Under the pieces are notes generated by a model. That model was not told the DNA's origin, made no database searches, and saw only the letters and a list, made by a program, of their open reading frames with translations. A program made the position numbers and the translations under genes. From the IMG/VR virus record IMGVR_UViG_2061766007_000892: a DNA stretch of 63,982 nt, one strand, 5' to 3'. Within the stretch, counting starts at the first letter, position 1, and each line of letters begins with the position of its first letter. The DNA comes from an uncultured virus (IMG/VR IMGVR_UViG_2061766007_000892). Taxonomy: Duplodnaviria > Heunggongvirae > Uroviricota > Caudoviricetes. This document shows, piece after piece, positions 47,913 to 57,170 of this stretch.

Positions 47913-49775
47913 TCAACTGTTCAGAATACTAAAATCAACATTCTCAAATAGAAATTCTCTTCTTGGTTCAACATCAATGCCCATAAGCATTTTTAAGCTT
48001 TCCGCCGCGGCTTCAACATCTTTCATAGAAAGAATTTCAAGACGACGATTTTGTGGATGAAGCATAGATTGCTCCATATCTTCTGGATTGAGCTCTCCCA
48101 GTCCTTTCGCCCTTGTGATGTCCCAACTTTCATGTCCTTTACGCACCTGTGCTAACTCATTATCATCATAAGCAAATAATTTATTATTGCCTTTCTGTAG
48201 TTTATAAAGTGGTGCACGCAACCAACATAATCTATTCTCAAGAATAAATTCTGGCATTAATACATAAAACATTGTAGCTACAAGACACATGATGTTATAG
48301 CCGTCAACATCAGCATCAACTGCAATAGCAACTTTGCCATAATTCAACTTCTTACTATTGTAACGATTTTGAATACCACACCCAAGTGCCATTATAATAT
48401 CAGAAACTTCCTGATTTTCAAGACACTCATCAAGTGGATGCTTTAATAGATTTTTTACCTTACCGCGCACAGCATAAAGTGCTTCTGTATTAACATCGCG
48501 CGCAGGAAGCAATCCGCCCAACGCAGAATTACCCTCGCAAACAATTAACATAGAATCTTGTCCATGCTTCTCACAATCCTTAAATTTGTCAGAAGAAGTA
48601 ATTTTTTGCTTCTTATGTTCGGTTTCTTTCTTCTCCATATTAAGAACAGCGTTACGAGCCTTTTCAGCCGCGGCTTCCGCCTTTTCAATTTTCTTTAACA
48701 TCTCTACAATAGTGGTAAATTCACTATTATATTTAATGTTCATTTCCTTTAAAGCAGAAGTAAAAGCGGTTGTAGCAAGAGTTCGCAGAGAAGGATTATT
48801 AATCTTGGTTTTTGTTTGGTTAGCAAATGAAGGATTTTCTACTTTACAATTAACTACATAAAATAAATTCTTACGGATATATTCTCCTTCAAAATTCTGA
48901 CCCGATAGATTATTAAAAGTTTTAGTTATTGCTGCGCGAGCACCAGTTACTGGAGTCCCAAGTTCGGGGCAACGAAGACCGTTCACGAATACATATGGGG
49001 TTTCGCGCTTAGTTCCCCATTGGAATGCGATTTCTACCGTGTCTGTTCCATCAGTAGCAGACCCAGTAATGATATGTTTTTGTAAAGGTTTTTGTACCAT
49101 TTCCTTTACGAAATCTACGATACCTTCTTCGGCACAATAAGTCTTAATTTCTTTCCCGCAAGAAACTATAAATTCAATGCCCGGATACAGGTATGAAATA
49201 TCTTTAATATCAGCACAAATGCGCTCATAAGAATATCCAATTTCTCCATTGGAAAATACTTCTGGGTCAGGCTTAAAGCGTACATAAGTACCATTGGCAT
49301 CTTTTGTAGTTCCTTCTTTATAGGTAATTAGATTACCTTTTTCAAAAAAGGCACAAGCATATTTACCATCACGATTACTTTGAACTTCAAATTTTTCAGA
49401 AGATAGGCAAGTACAACTCGCGCCCAGGCCATTAAGACCGCTAGAGTTTTTATAGGCGTTATGATTAAATTTACCGCCAGTATGAGATTGAGTATAGACG
49501 GAAACCAATACATTCTCACCGTTTTCACGGATGCCAAAAGGAACGCCGCGGCCATAATCGCGCACCATGACGGCGTTTTCTTTTTCATCTACATCAATTT
49601 CAATCTTCTTGCCAAAACCAGCAAGAGCCTCGTCGGTACTATTATTTATAATTTCCTTTAAAGCCTGATAAGTTCCTTCTATGTCATCTGATCCCAAATA
49701 CATTTGAATACGAGTGCGAACACCAGTACGGAAATCAAGGCTTTCAATGGAGTTAATGTCATAATTTTGATTCAC
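47913..49775 (-). CDS. gyrB: Type IIA topoisomerase subunit B (GyrB/ParE-like)
   Basis: GTG start after AGGAGG. GHKL motifs EIINNSTDE, DYGRGVP, HTGGKF, GLNGLG; TOPRIM CEGNSA, RGKVKN, DADVDG; KGLGE. Confidence 0.93.
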   Translation of the reverse strand: MNQNYDINSIESLDFRTGVRTRIQMYLGSDDIEGTYQALKEIINNSTDEALAGFGKKIEIDVDEKENAVMVRDYGRGVPFGIRENGENVLVSVYTQSHTGGKFNHNAYKNSSGLNGLGASCTCLSSEKFEVQSNRDGKYACAFFEKGNLITYKEGTTKDANGTYVRFKPDPEVFSNGEIGYSYERICADIKDISYLYPGIEFIVSCGKEIKTYCAEEGIVDFVKEMVQKPLQKHIITGSATDGTDTVEIAFQWGTKRETPYVFVNGLRCPELGTPVTGARAAITKTFNNLSGQNFEGEYIRKNLFYVVNCKVENPSFANQTKTKINNPSLRTLATTAFTSALKEMNIKYNSEFTTIVEMLKKIEKAEAAAEKARNAVLNMEKKETEHKKQKITSSDKFKDCEKHGQDSMLIVCEGNSALGGLLPARDVNTEALYAVRGKVKNLLKHPLDECLENQEVSDIIMALGCGIQNRYNSKKLNYGKVAIAVDADVDGYNIMCLVATMFYVLMPEFILENRLCWLRAPLYKLQKGNNKLFAYDDNELAQVRKGHESWDITRAKGLGELNPEDMEQSMLHPQNRRLEILSMKDVEAAAESLKMLMGIDVEPRREFLFENVDFSILNS

Positions 49776-49842
49776 ATTATCCCTCCTTTTCTTTATANNN
49801 NNNNNNNNNNNNNNNNNNNNNNNNNNNNNNNNNNNNNNNNNN

Positions 49843-50850
49843 GTTGACTTATCAATTTCTTCTAATTGAGTTTCAATAAAAATTTGTAAATTATCTAATC
49901 TTTCTTGAACCTCTTTTTTGGTTAAATTTGCATGTTGCGTTGTAACAAATTTTGTTATTTCTGGATTATTAAAAATTTTTTTAATATGTAATTGACTAAC
50001 ATCATAGTTTTTTAATANNNNNNNNNNNNNNNNNNNNNNNNNNNNNNNNNNNNNNNNNNNNNNNNTTGTTTCTTTATTAAATAAATCAAAAATTCGTTTA
50101 TAAGTATTTTTAATATCACTTAATGTAGTGATATTAATTTCACTCATCTTAGCTGAAAGATTTTTAGGAGCTAAGTCACATGGGCCAAAATTTTCAAGAA
50201 AAGCTAAGCGTACTAAGNNNNNNNNNNNNNNNNNNNNNNNNNNNNNNNNNNNNNNNNNNNNNNNNNNNNNNNNNNNNNNNNNNNNNNNNNNNNNNNNNNN
50301 NNNNNNNNNNNNNNNNNNNNNNNNNNNNNNNNNNNNNNNNNNNNNNNNNACTTTCTAAAAAGAAGAGCAAGAGCATCATCAGATACATTTGAATATTCTG
50401 CCATAGTAATATACGTATTAAGAATATAATTTTGGCAAGTTTCGGTTAAATCTTCAAAGAAAATTTTANNNNNNNNNNNNNNNNNNNNNNNNNNNNNNNN
50501 NNNNNNNNNNNNNNNNNNNNNNNNNNNNNNNNNNNNNNNNNNNNNNNNNNNNNNNNNNNNNNNNNNNNNNNNNNNNNNTGCCTAATATTCTAAATAAAGT
50601 TGTAAATCTTTGTTTCCCGTCAAAAATAGACATTGTTCTTTCTTTAATAACTGCATGAACTTCAGGAATTCTATCTCCATTTAAAATTGTATCCCATAAT
50701 TCTNNNNNNNNNNNNNNNNNNNNNNNNNAGATTCAAATCAACTTCTCCCTTTTTATATCTATCAAAAAGATAATCTAAATCTACAGTATTAGTTCTATAA
50801 GTATATCCTGCCCCATTTTTAATAATATAATCTTTATAATTATTTTCCAT
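49843..50850 (-). CDS. DUF262 (ParB-like, GmrSD N-terminal type) domain protein, gapped
   Basis: Reframed across gaps: ...YKKGEVDLN...ELWDTILNGDRIPEVHAV...SIFDGKQRFTTLFRIL...FEDLTETCQNYILNTYITMAEY...DDALALLFRK. It continues into the segment the ORF track fused to GyrB. Confidence 0.7.
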
Positions 50851-51082
50851 CAATAATTCTCCTTTATATTTTATATTCAAGCATCCCTAATCTTCACCCA
50901 GCCTTCATTTTTATTGGCTTNNNNNNNNNNNNNNNNNNNNNNNNNNNNNNNNNNNNNNNNNNNNNNNNNNNNNNNNNNNNNNNNNAAATTGTTGCGCCAT
51001 TACGCTAATATTTGCGTATATATTACTTGGCATAATATTTCCATACCAAAGTAATTCTTTTCCACATTTATCACAAAAATAT

Positions 51083-51271
51083 TTAATCATCTTTANNNNN
51101 NNNNNGCCAACCAGAAGGAATATCACCTTCTGGTTTGTGATAAATCATTTCTTTATTTGGATATTCAAATAACATAATTTCAAAAATAGGATTAGGAACA
51201 TTACCATTTTTGTCTTTATATTTTTCTTGATACCATTTTACATAATCTAATATTTCTTGATATTTAGACAT
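51083..51271 (-). CDS. Hypothetical protein
   Basis: Short operonic ORF with an RBS. Confidence 0.45.
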   Translation of the reverse strand: MSKYQEILDYVKWYQEKYKDKNGNVPNPIFEIMLFEYPNKEMIYHKPEGDIPSGWXXXXKDD

Positions 51272-51281
51272 AATTACCCCT

Positions 51282-51746
51282 TTATGTTAATACTGTTTCA
51301 CACTCTTTATGCTGATAAAGTAATAAAGTTGGATCAAGAATAACTTCAGCAATCTTTTTAATACTCTCATAAAGATTCTTTTTATTTGAGTTCCAAAAAT
51401 GAGAACATCCGCAAAAAGTCATTAAAGAAGTTGTTTCTTCTGTAATTTGAATAACATAAACGACTTTTTTCTTCGCAAAAGCGTACCCTTGTTCCCAATT
51501 TGTACCGGCTGTACTATGTCTTCCAAGACTAATCATTAGAAAAACATCACAATTATCAATTGCCTCTACATCTTTCCAAAATACTTGCGCACCCCAATTT
51601 TCTTGTGACATATGCCAAGCATCTTCAATTTTAAGTTCCCAAGGGCAATAAACCTCAAAGCTCGGTTCATGGCGAAGCCATCCAGCAATATTCATCATGG
51701 TTGTGCGATTTTCAGTATCACAGGGGCCAGCAAGATAGATTTTCAT
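51282..51746 (-). CDS. Nucleoside 2-deoxyribosyltransferase-like protein (NDT/RCL family)
   Basis: KIYLAGP, VYCPWE, DVEAIDNCD, GTNWEQGYAFA. Confidence 0.82.
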   Translation of the reverse strand: MKIYLAGPCDTENRTTMMNIAGWLRHEPSFEVYCPWELKIEDAWHMSQENWGAQVFWKDVEAIDNCDVFLMISLGRHSTAGTNWEQGYAFAKKKVVYVIQITEETTSLMTFCGCSHFWNSNKKNLYESIKKIAEVILDPTLLLYQHKECETVLT

Positions 51747-51809
51747 AATTNNNNNNNNNNNNNNNNNNNNNNNNNNNNNNNNNNNNNNNNNNNNNNNNNN
51801 NNNNNNNNA

Positions 51810-52117
51810 TCTAAATATCTAGCCAAATTTCCATCATGATAGTGTTGTAAAAGAGTTTTCATATCTACACAAAACTCTTCACAAGCCTCCATCATTAAAT
51901 CAAGATTATAGGCAAGATAAGCTTCGCAATAAATTTCTGTATTATAATAATTGNNNNNNNNNNNNNNNNNNNNNNNNNNNNNNNNNNNNNNNNNNNNNNN
52001 NNNNNNNNNNNNNNCAAGATCGCCACGAAATTCCCAATCTTCTAATGTAATATTAGAATTAATATAATCTAATATATCAATTGCCATTTCTGTTTTATAT
52101 TCATATTGCTGACTCAT
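51810..52117 (-). CDS. Hypothetical acidic protein (gapped)
   Basis: Open frame MSQQYEYKTEMAIDILDYI... Confidence 0.4.
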
Positions 52118-52202
52118 GCTACNNNNNNNNNNNNNNNNNNNNNNNNNNNNNNNNNNNNNNNNNNNNNNNNNNNNNNNNNNNNNNNNNNNNNNNNNNNNNN
52201 NN

Positions 52203-52838
52203 ACGATCAACATGGTAATGGCCCATATACCATTTATTAAAAGTTGTAGTCATTCTTACAAACTTTTCAAGAAAGTTGGTAATATCATCGTGTGCATTTT
52301 CATAAGGAAAAAGTTTATCCACAATATAATTTGGACCGCAATGAGTAATGATATTATCTACTTGAAAATTATGCGCGCGAAGGTTGTTTGCCGCATAATC
52401 CATTTCATCCCATGAAGGTATTTCTTGTGGCCACCATGTTTTTCCTTCTTTACGATAAACTTTATCCACAGAAGTGGCACCACCCATACAGAAAAAAGTT
52501 TGATTATTAATAGTAAAAATTTCACCATTTTCTATATACATTACATGCGGCCGCACTCTACGAACTTTTGCATCATTCCATTCAGTAATAGGAATTGCGC
52601 GAAGTAAATCATAATTTTCATGATTGCCTAATACCGAAATCACTGTATATGGTCTATCTTCAAGCCAGTCACACCAATACTTAACTTCATTTGAGTCGTT
52701 CCAAGTAAAACCTGCATCGCCACAAATAATGAGAGTATCTTCTTTATCAAGTTCGCGCGAGGAAGGCCAATTTTTAAAACTCAATTTTTTAATATCTATA
52801 TTCAAATGAAGGTCACCAGTAATGAATATTCTATTCAT
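52203..52838 (-). CDS. Calcineurin-like metallophosphoesterase
   Basis: ITGDLH, ICGDAG, LGNHENY, GGATSVD, ITHCGP, WYMGHYH. Confidence 0.9.
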
Positions 52839-53278
52839 TTNNNNNNNNNNNTAATAACGCGATTCCGCACAACCTTCATTAGCAAAGTTAAAAGAACAAC
52901 CATAAAAATTAATTATAGTACCAGTAGTTTCAAACTGTTCCTCAATTACTTTTTTAATTTCTTCTTTTATATTCATAATAGTTTCTGCCATGTTATTCCT
53001 CCGTAGCATTAAAACCAATCATATTAATTCCATAATATTTTTCTAGTAGTGCCGCAAGAAAATATGGGCACTCATCAACTAAAGCTGGTTTAGCTAAAGA
53101 GTAATCATCGTTTTTTAAATCTCCAAATCCATTAATTTCAAGATCATTATAGCCAAGTTCTTTTGCTTTTAATCTAAGAGCGCGCGAATTAATNNNNNNN
53201 NNNNNNNNNNNNNNNNNNNNNNNNNNNNNNNNNNNNNNNNNNNNNNNNNNNNNNNNNNNNNNNNNNNNNNNNNNNATA

Positions 53279-53634
53279 TTAATCATTCTCTAATTCCTCC
53301 ATTGTATATACATCAGTGTATTTTGTGTGGTCTATAATTTTATAATTATCATAGATTTCATTTATTGACGTATTTTCANNNNNNNNNNNNNNNNNNNNNN
53401 NNNNNNNNNNNNNNNNNNNNNNNNNNNNNNNNNNNNNNNNNNNNNNNNNNNTCCAATAATAATAAAAATTAAACATCCAATACAGGCAAAAAGTATAATA
53501 ATATTACATAAATGACAATCTTGTGTTCCTAAGCCAAGTAGTATAAAGAATACTGCGGCACATAACCCAGTTAGAACCATCCATGTATAATTTCCTGGTT
53601 GTTCAAAAATTGGAATTGTTTCAAGTATTGTCAT
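53279..53634 (-). CDS. Two-TM membrane protein (gapped)
   Basis: Two hydrophobic helices, then an acidic C-terminus ...SINEIYDNYKII... Confidence 0.55.
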
Positions 53635-53992
53635 CTATATAGTCTCCTTCAATTATATAAATTTCTTTTGTTTCATAAGGTTTTTCTTTTACTGTATAAT
53701 TGGGGCCGAGTTCTTTCCATGCGTTATCATCGGTTATTTCAATTGTGTATTTAATTTTAGATGGATGATTGAAAATAGTTTTTTTACCTTCAACAAAAGT
53801 CAAAGCTATACAGATAATAAATAAAGCAAAACAAATCCAACAAACAGGGCCAGCCCATGTTTCACATCCGTCTAACCACATCATACCAAAGAAACAAGCA
53901 AGACACATCATAATTACCCATGCGGCAATACCATACCACATTGGACTAAAAAATATGTGTTGAGAAAGAATACATACTCCTTGTATATTCAT
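53621..53992 (-). CDS. Two-TM membrane protein
   Basis: Two hydrophobic helices, then KYTIEITDD...ELGPNYTV; same layout as the neighbouring gene. Confidence 0.6.
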   Translation of the reverse strand: MNIQGVCILSQHIFFSPMWYGIAAWVIMMCLACFFGMMWLDGCETWAGPVCWICFALFIICIALTFVEGKKTIFNHPSKIKYTIEITDDNAWKELGPNYTVKEKPYETKEIYIIEGDYIDDNT

Positions 53993-54021
53993 TTCATTCT
54001 CCTTTTTATTATAATATAGTT

Positions 54022-54659
54022 TTAAGTGTTATCACGATAATAAACTATTAATCTCCATCCATAAGAAAGAGTTTCTTTATTCGCAGAAAAACTGTATGAG
54101 TCTGAATTAGCACCTGGAATATCTTGGAATCCATTTCCTTTATCACATTGCCATTGATAATAAATTTCGCATCCTTCAAAGCCTGTTAAATAAGAAGTTA
54201 GATATACTGGTTCTCCTCTTGTCATACAAGAACGAGCTGAAGACTTGATAAAGACTGTTTTAAGAGTGGTTGCTTCTTCATTTACTTCTTCTACTTCTTC
54301 TGTTGCTTCTTCTGTTGCTTCTTCTATTTCTTCTGTTTCTNNNNNNNNNNNNNNNNNNNNNNNNNNNNNNNNNNNNNNNNNNNNNNNNNNNNNNNNNNNN
54401 NNNNNNNNNNNNNNTCTTCCATTGATTGTTGTTCTTGTTTTTCTTCTTCTACTGTTACTACTGTTTCTTCCGCTTTATTTTCTTCAATAGTTTCTGATGT
54501 AATTAATTCTTCTGATGATTGTATTTCTTCCATAATTTTTGGTGTTTCTTCTATTAATTCTGGAATAGAATTAATTATTTCTGTTTCATNNNNNNNNNNN
54601 NNNNTGGCTGGCATAATAATAAGCCCAAAAATACATAAGGTCACTAAAAATTTCTTCAT
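54022..54659 (-). CDS. Secreted acidic protein with C-terminal Ig-like domain (gapped)
   Basis: Signal peptide MKKFLVTLCIFGLIIMPA, Glu/Thr-rich linker, then YYQWQCDKGNGFQDIPGANSDSYSF...YGWRLIV. Confidence 0.65.
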
Positions 54660-54684
54660 ATTTTTTCTCCTTTTCTTTTTTTTC

Positions 54685-54713
54685 ATTATAACATAAATTT
54701 TAAAATGTGTCAA
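54685..54713 (-). promoter_or_regulatory. sigmaA-type promoter
   Basis: TTGACA-17 bp-TATAAT with TG extension. Confidence 0.8.
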
Positions 54714-54754
54714 ATATTTTGCGCGAATGCGTCATATTTTTTTCTATATAAAGT

Positions 54755-54967
54755 TTATTTTCCATAACAAAAATTCTCCATATCTTGTATTAATTTTAAT
54801 GATGGTGTTGTTCGTTTGTTTATAACTTTATTTAAATGCGAACGAGTAATTTCTAATTTATCTGCCGCTTCCTGTTGGCTCATTCCTATGTCTCTTAATT
54901 TTTGTTTAAAATCTGTAAATAATTTATTNNNNNNNNNNNNNNNCACCATAAGAAATAATCCTATCAT
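54755..54967 (-). CDS. XRE-family HTH regulator
   Basis: LRDIGMSQQEAADKLEITRSHLNKVINKRTTPS. Confidence 0.8.
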   Translation of the reverse strand: MIGLFLMVXXXXXNKLFTDFKQKLRDIGMSQQEAADKLEITRSHLNKVINKRTTPSLKLIQDMENFCYGK

Positions 54968-54996
54968 AAGGTAGGTATTATTTCTAATTTATTTTT

Positions 54997-55215
54997 TTAA
55001 ACATTTTCTTCAATTTCTTTAATTTCACATTCACTCATATATGGAAAATAAATAATATTATCTGCATGGCCATCTATTCTATCTGCTATTTCATATAATG
55101 AATCTTTTATATGATGTTTGGCTTCATCTGGTAAATATCCTTCTTCAATTAATGAGTCGTAATATTCCTGTTCATCTGCAATAAAGGCAAAACGTATTGA
55201 TACTTTATATTTCAT
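54997..55215 (-). CDS. Hypothetical protein
   Basis: Tightly packed operonic ORF. Confidence 0.5.
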   Translation of the reverse strand: MKYKVSIRFAFIADEQEYYDSLIEEGYLPDEAKHHIKDSLYEIADRIDGHADNIIYFPYMSECEIKEIEENV

Positions 55216-55216
55216 A

Positions 55217-55405
55217 TTATCTTTCTGGAAAGTATTTCTTCCATTCCTTTCTTGAAATTTGTAATCCTCTTCTTAGCATATATTGTGCTCGCGCATAATT
55301 TTTCTTTCTAACTCGTTTCTTTTTATGCCAACAAGCACGCTGATAAGTTTTATTAAACATGATAATTGTTTTCATATGTTTTTCATCAAATTTCAATCTG
55401 GACAC
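55217..55405 (-). CDS. Small basic hypothetical protein
   Basis: HKKKRVRKKN motif; operonic. Confidence 0.5.
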   Translation of the reverse strand: MSRLKFDEKHMKTIIMFNKTYQRACWHKKKRVRKKNYARAQYMLRRGLQISRKEWKKYFPER

Positions 55406-55602
55406 TTCCTATTTGGAAATTTTAATTCATTTATTTGATAATAAATTTTTTTAAAGCATCCTATACAAATATCGCTTTTATTTTCAGATAAAATTATATC
55501 TCCATTATAATTGCGTTCAGGTAATATCATTTGATAAAAATTATCATAATTTTTATGTTGTTCTCTGCCGCAAATATCACAATATCTAATTGTTTTAATC
55601 AT
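55393..55602 (-). CDS. Small Zn-ribbon protein
   Basis: CDICG...DICIGC. Confidence 0.6.
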   Translation of the reverse strand: MIKTIRYCDICGREQHKNYDNFYQMILPERNYNGDIILSENKSDICIGCFKKIYYQINELKFPNRKCPD

Positions 55603-55787
55603 TTGATTTCATTCCTTTTTTCAATTAAAATCTTCATATTTTCATAATCTAATTGCCAAGGCCAATATAAACTAGCGTTTTTACAATCTTTTACATGAGG
55701 ATGATGACAACCATCTATTTCAAAATATTTACAATGCGTATTGCCACAAGTCTCTGCTAAATAAGAATATTCATGCTATTGTATCAT
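55599..55787 (-). CDS. Small Cys/His-rich protein with TAG at codon 4 (missed by the ORF track)
   Basis: Promoter plus AAAGGA RBS, then MIQ(TAG)HEYSYLAETCGNTHCKYFEIDGCHHPHVKDCKNASLYWPWQLDYENMKILIEKRNEIK*. Its stop forms an ATGA overlap with the next gene. Confidence 0.65.
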
Positions 55788-55807
55788 ATTTTTTCCTTTC
55801 TAAAATA

Positions 55808-55836
55808 AGTATAGCATAAATTTAATATGAAGTCAA
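55808..55836 (-). promoter_or_regulatory. sigmaA-type promoter
   Basis: TTGACT-17 bp-TATACT with TG extension. Confidence 0.75.
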
Positions 55837-55849
55837 AGTTAGTGGAGTA

Positions 55850-57169
55850 TTAAACTCCACTAACAATATACATAATCACAAATAAAGCAGATAGAATATA
55901 CATTAGAATAGGAACTTCCTTATACTTTCCGCGAATAACTTTTAGAAGTGTATAAGAAATTAAACCAAATCCAATACCATCACTAATACTATAGGCAAAT
56001 GGCATCATAGCAATTGTTAAGAAAGCGGGAATAGCAATCTCCATATCATTCCAATCAATATGAATAACGTTCTTCATCATAAAGATACCAACAATAATTA
56101 GTGCTGGGGCTGTCGCTGCGGAAGGAATAATTCCAGCGATTGGTGCTAGTAAGCAAGCAAGTAAGAATAGGAAACCAGTTATGACAGAAGCTAATCCAGT
56201 TCGTGCGCCCGCTGCTACACCAGTACTAGATTCTACAAATGTAGTAACTGTACTTGTTCCTAGTAATGAACCAGTGCATGTGGCAATTGCATCAGCAGTT
56301 AGTGCCTTTGACATATCTTGGCTTTTCATATTACCATCTTCATCTAGCATATCGCAACCGGCTGCACATCCTGTTAAAGTGCCAACCGTATCAAAGCAAT
56401 CACACATACAAAGAGTAAGGATTGAAGTAATTAGAGGGAAAAGCCCAAGCGCGGTCAGACCACTAAAAGTTAATTTAAAGAATGTTGGAGCAAGAGTTAA
56501 GTTAGAAAAGTTAAAGGATACTGCCGTATTAGTTACTCCCATTGGAATGCCAATAATTGTTGTAGCAATAATAGCATATAAGATAGCACCGCGAACCTTA
56601 TATACTAGTAAGATGCCTGTAATTAATAGTCCAATTAATGCTAATAATGGAGCCCCGCGAGTAATGCTACCCAAATCTAGTAAATTATCATTAGCTATTA
56701 CAATGCCGGCGTTAATAAAACCAATAAGTGCGATAAACATACCAATACCGACACTAATGGCTCTTTTTAACTGTGCTGGAATAGCTTCAATAATTTTATT
56801 ACGAAGCGGTGAAAGTGTAATGATAAGGAAAATTAAACCGCTAATAAAAGTCATTCCTAGACATTGCTGCCAAGTGTATCCAATCTTCATACAAAGTGTA
56901 TAAGTGAATAGAGCATTAATTCCAAGACCAGGCGCTTGTGCGAAAGGAACATTTGCCATAAAAGCGGTTAGCAATGTTCCAATCGCGGCTGAAATACAAG
57001 TTGCTAGAGTAAGAGCTGTATAATCCATACCGGTTGCACCGAGAATAGATGGATTTACAAAAATGATATAGGCCATAGCCATAAAAGTCACAAGACCGCC
57101 AATAATTTCGCGGCCAATTGTTGAACCGCGTTCAGTGATATGAAACCGATTTTCAAGAAACTGTGTCAT
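55850..57169 (-). CDS. NCS2 family purine permease (AzgA/PbuG-like)
   Basis: EIIGGLVTFMAMAYIIFVNP, APGLGINA, FDTVGTL, GTSTVTTFVESSTGVAAGARTG, ATAPALIIVG, MPFAYSISDGI; many TM helices. Confidence 0.93.
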   Translation of the reverse strand: MTQFLENRFHITERGSTIGREIIGGLVTFMAMAYIIFVNPSILGATGMDYTALTLATCISAAIGTLLTAFMANVPFAQAPGLGINALFTYTLCMKIGYTWQQCLGMTFISGLIFLIITLSPLRNKIIEAIPAQLKRAISVGIGMFIALIGFINAGIVIANDNLLDLGSITRGAPLLALIGLLITGILLVYKVRGAILYAIIATTIIGIPMGVTNTAVSFNFSNLTLAPTFFKLTFSGLTALGLFPLITSILTLCMCDCFDTVGTLTGCAAGCDMLDEDGNMKSQDMSKALTADAIATCTGSLLGTSTVTTFVESSTGVAAGARTGLASVITGFLFLLACLLAPIAGIIPSAATAPALIIVGIFMMKNVIHIDWNDMEIAIPAFLTIAMMPFAYSISDGIGFGLISYTLLKVIRGKYKEVPILMYILSALFVIMYIVSGV

Positions 57170-57170
57170 A

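Noticed and set aside
47913..50147. GyrB with a 120-aa N-terminal extension
   Set aside because: The fusion runs through a gap. GyrB has its own AGGAGG RBS and GTG at 49775, and the extension belongs to the upstream DUF262 gene.
56181..56903. 240-aa + strand ORF antisense to the purine permease
   Set aside because: Shadow ORF of a hydrophobic gene; no RBS or recognisable motifs.
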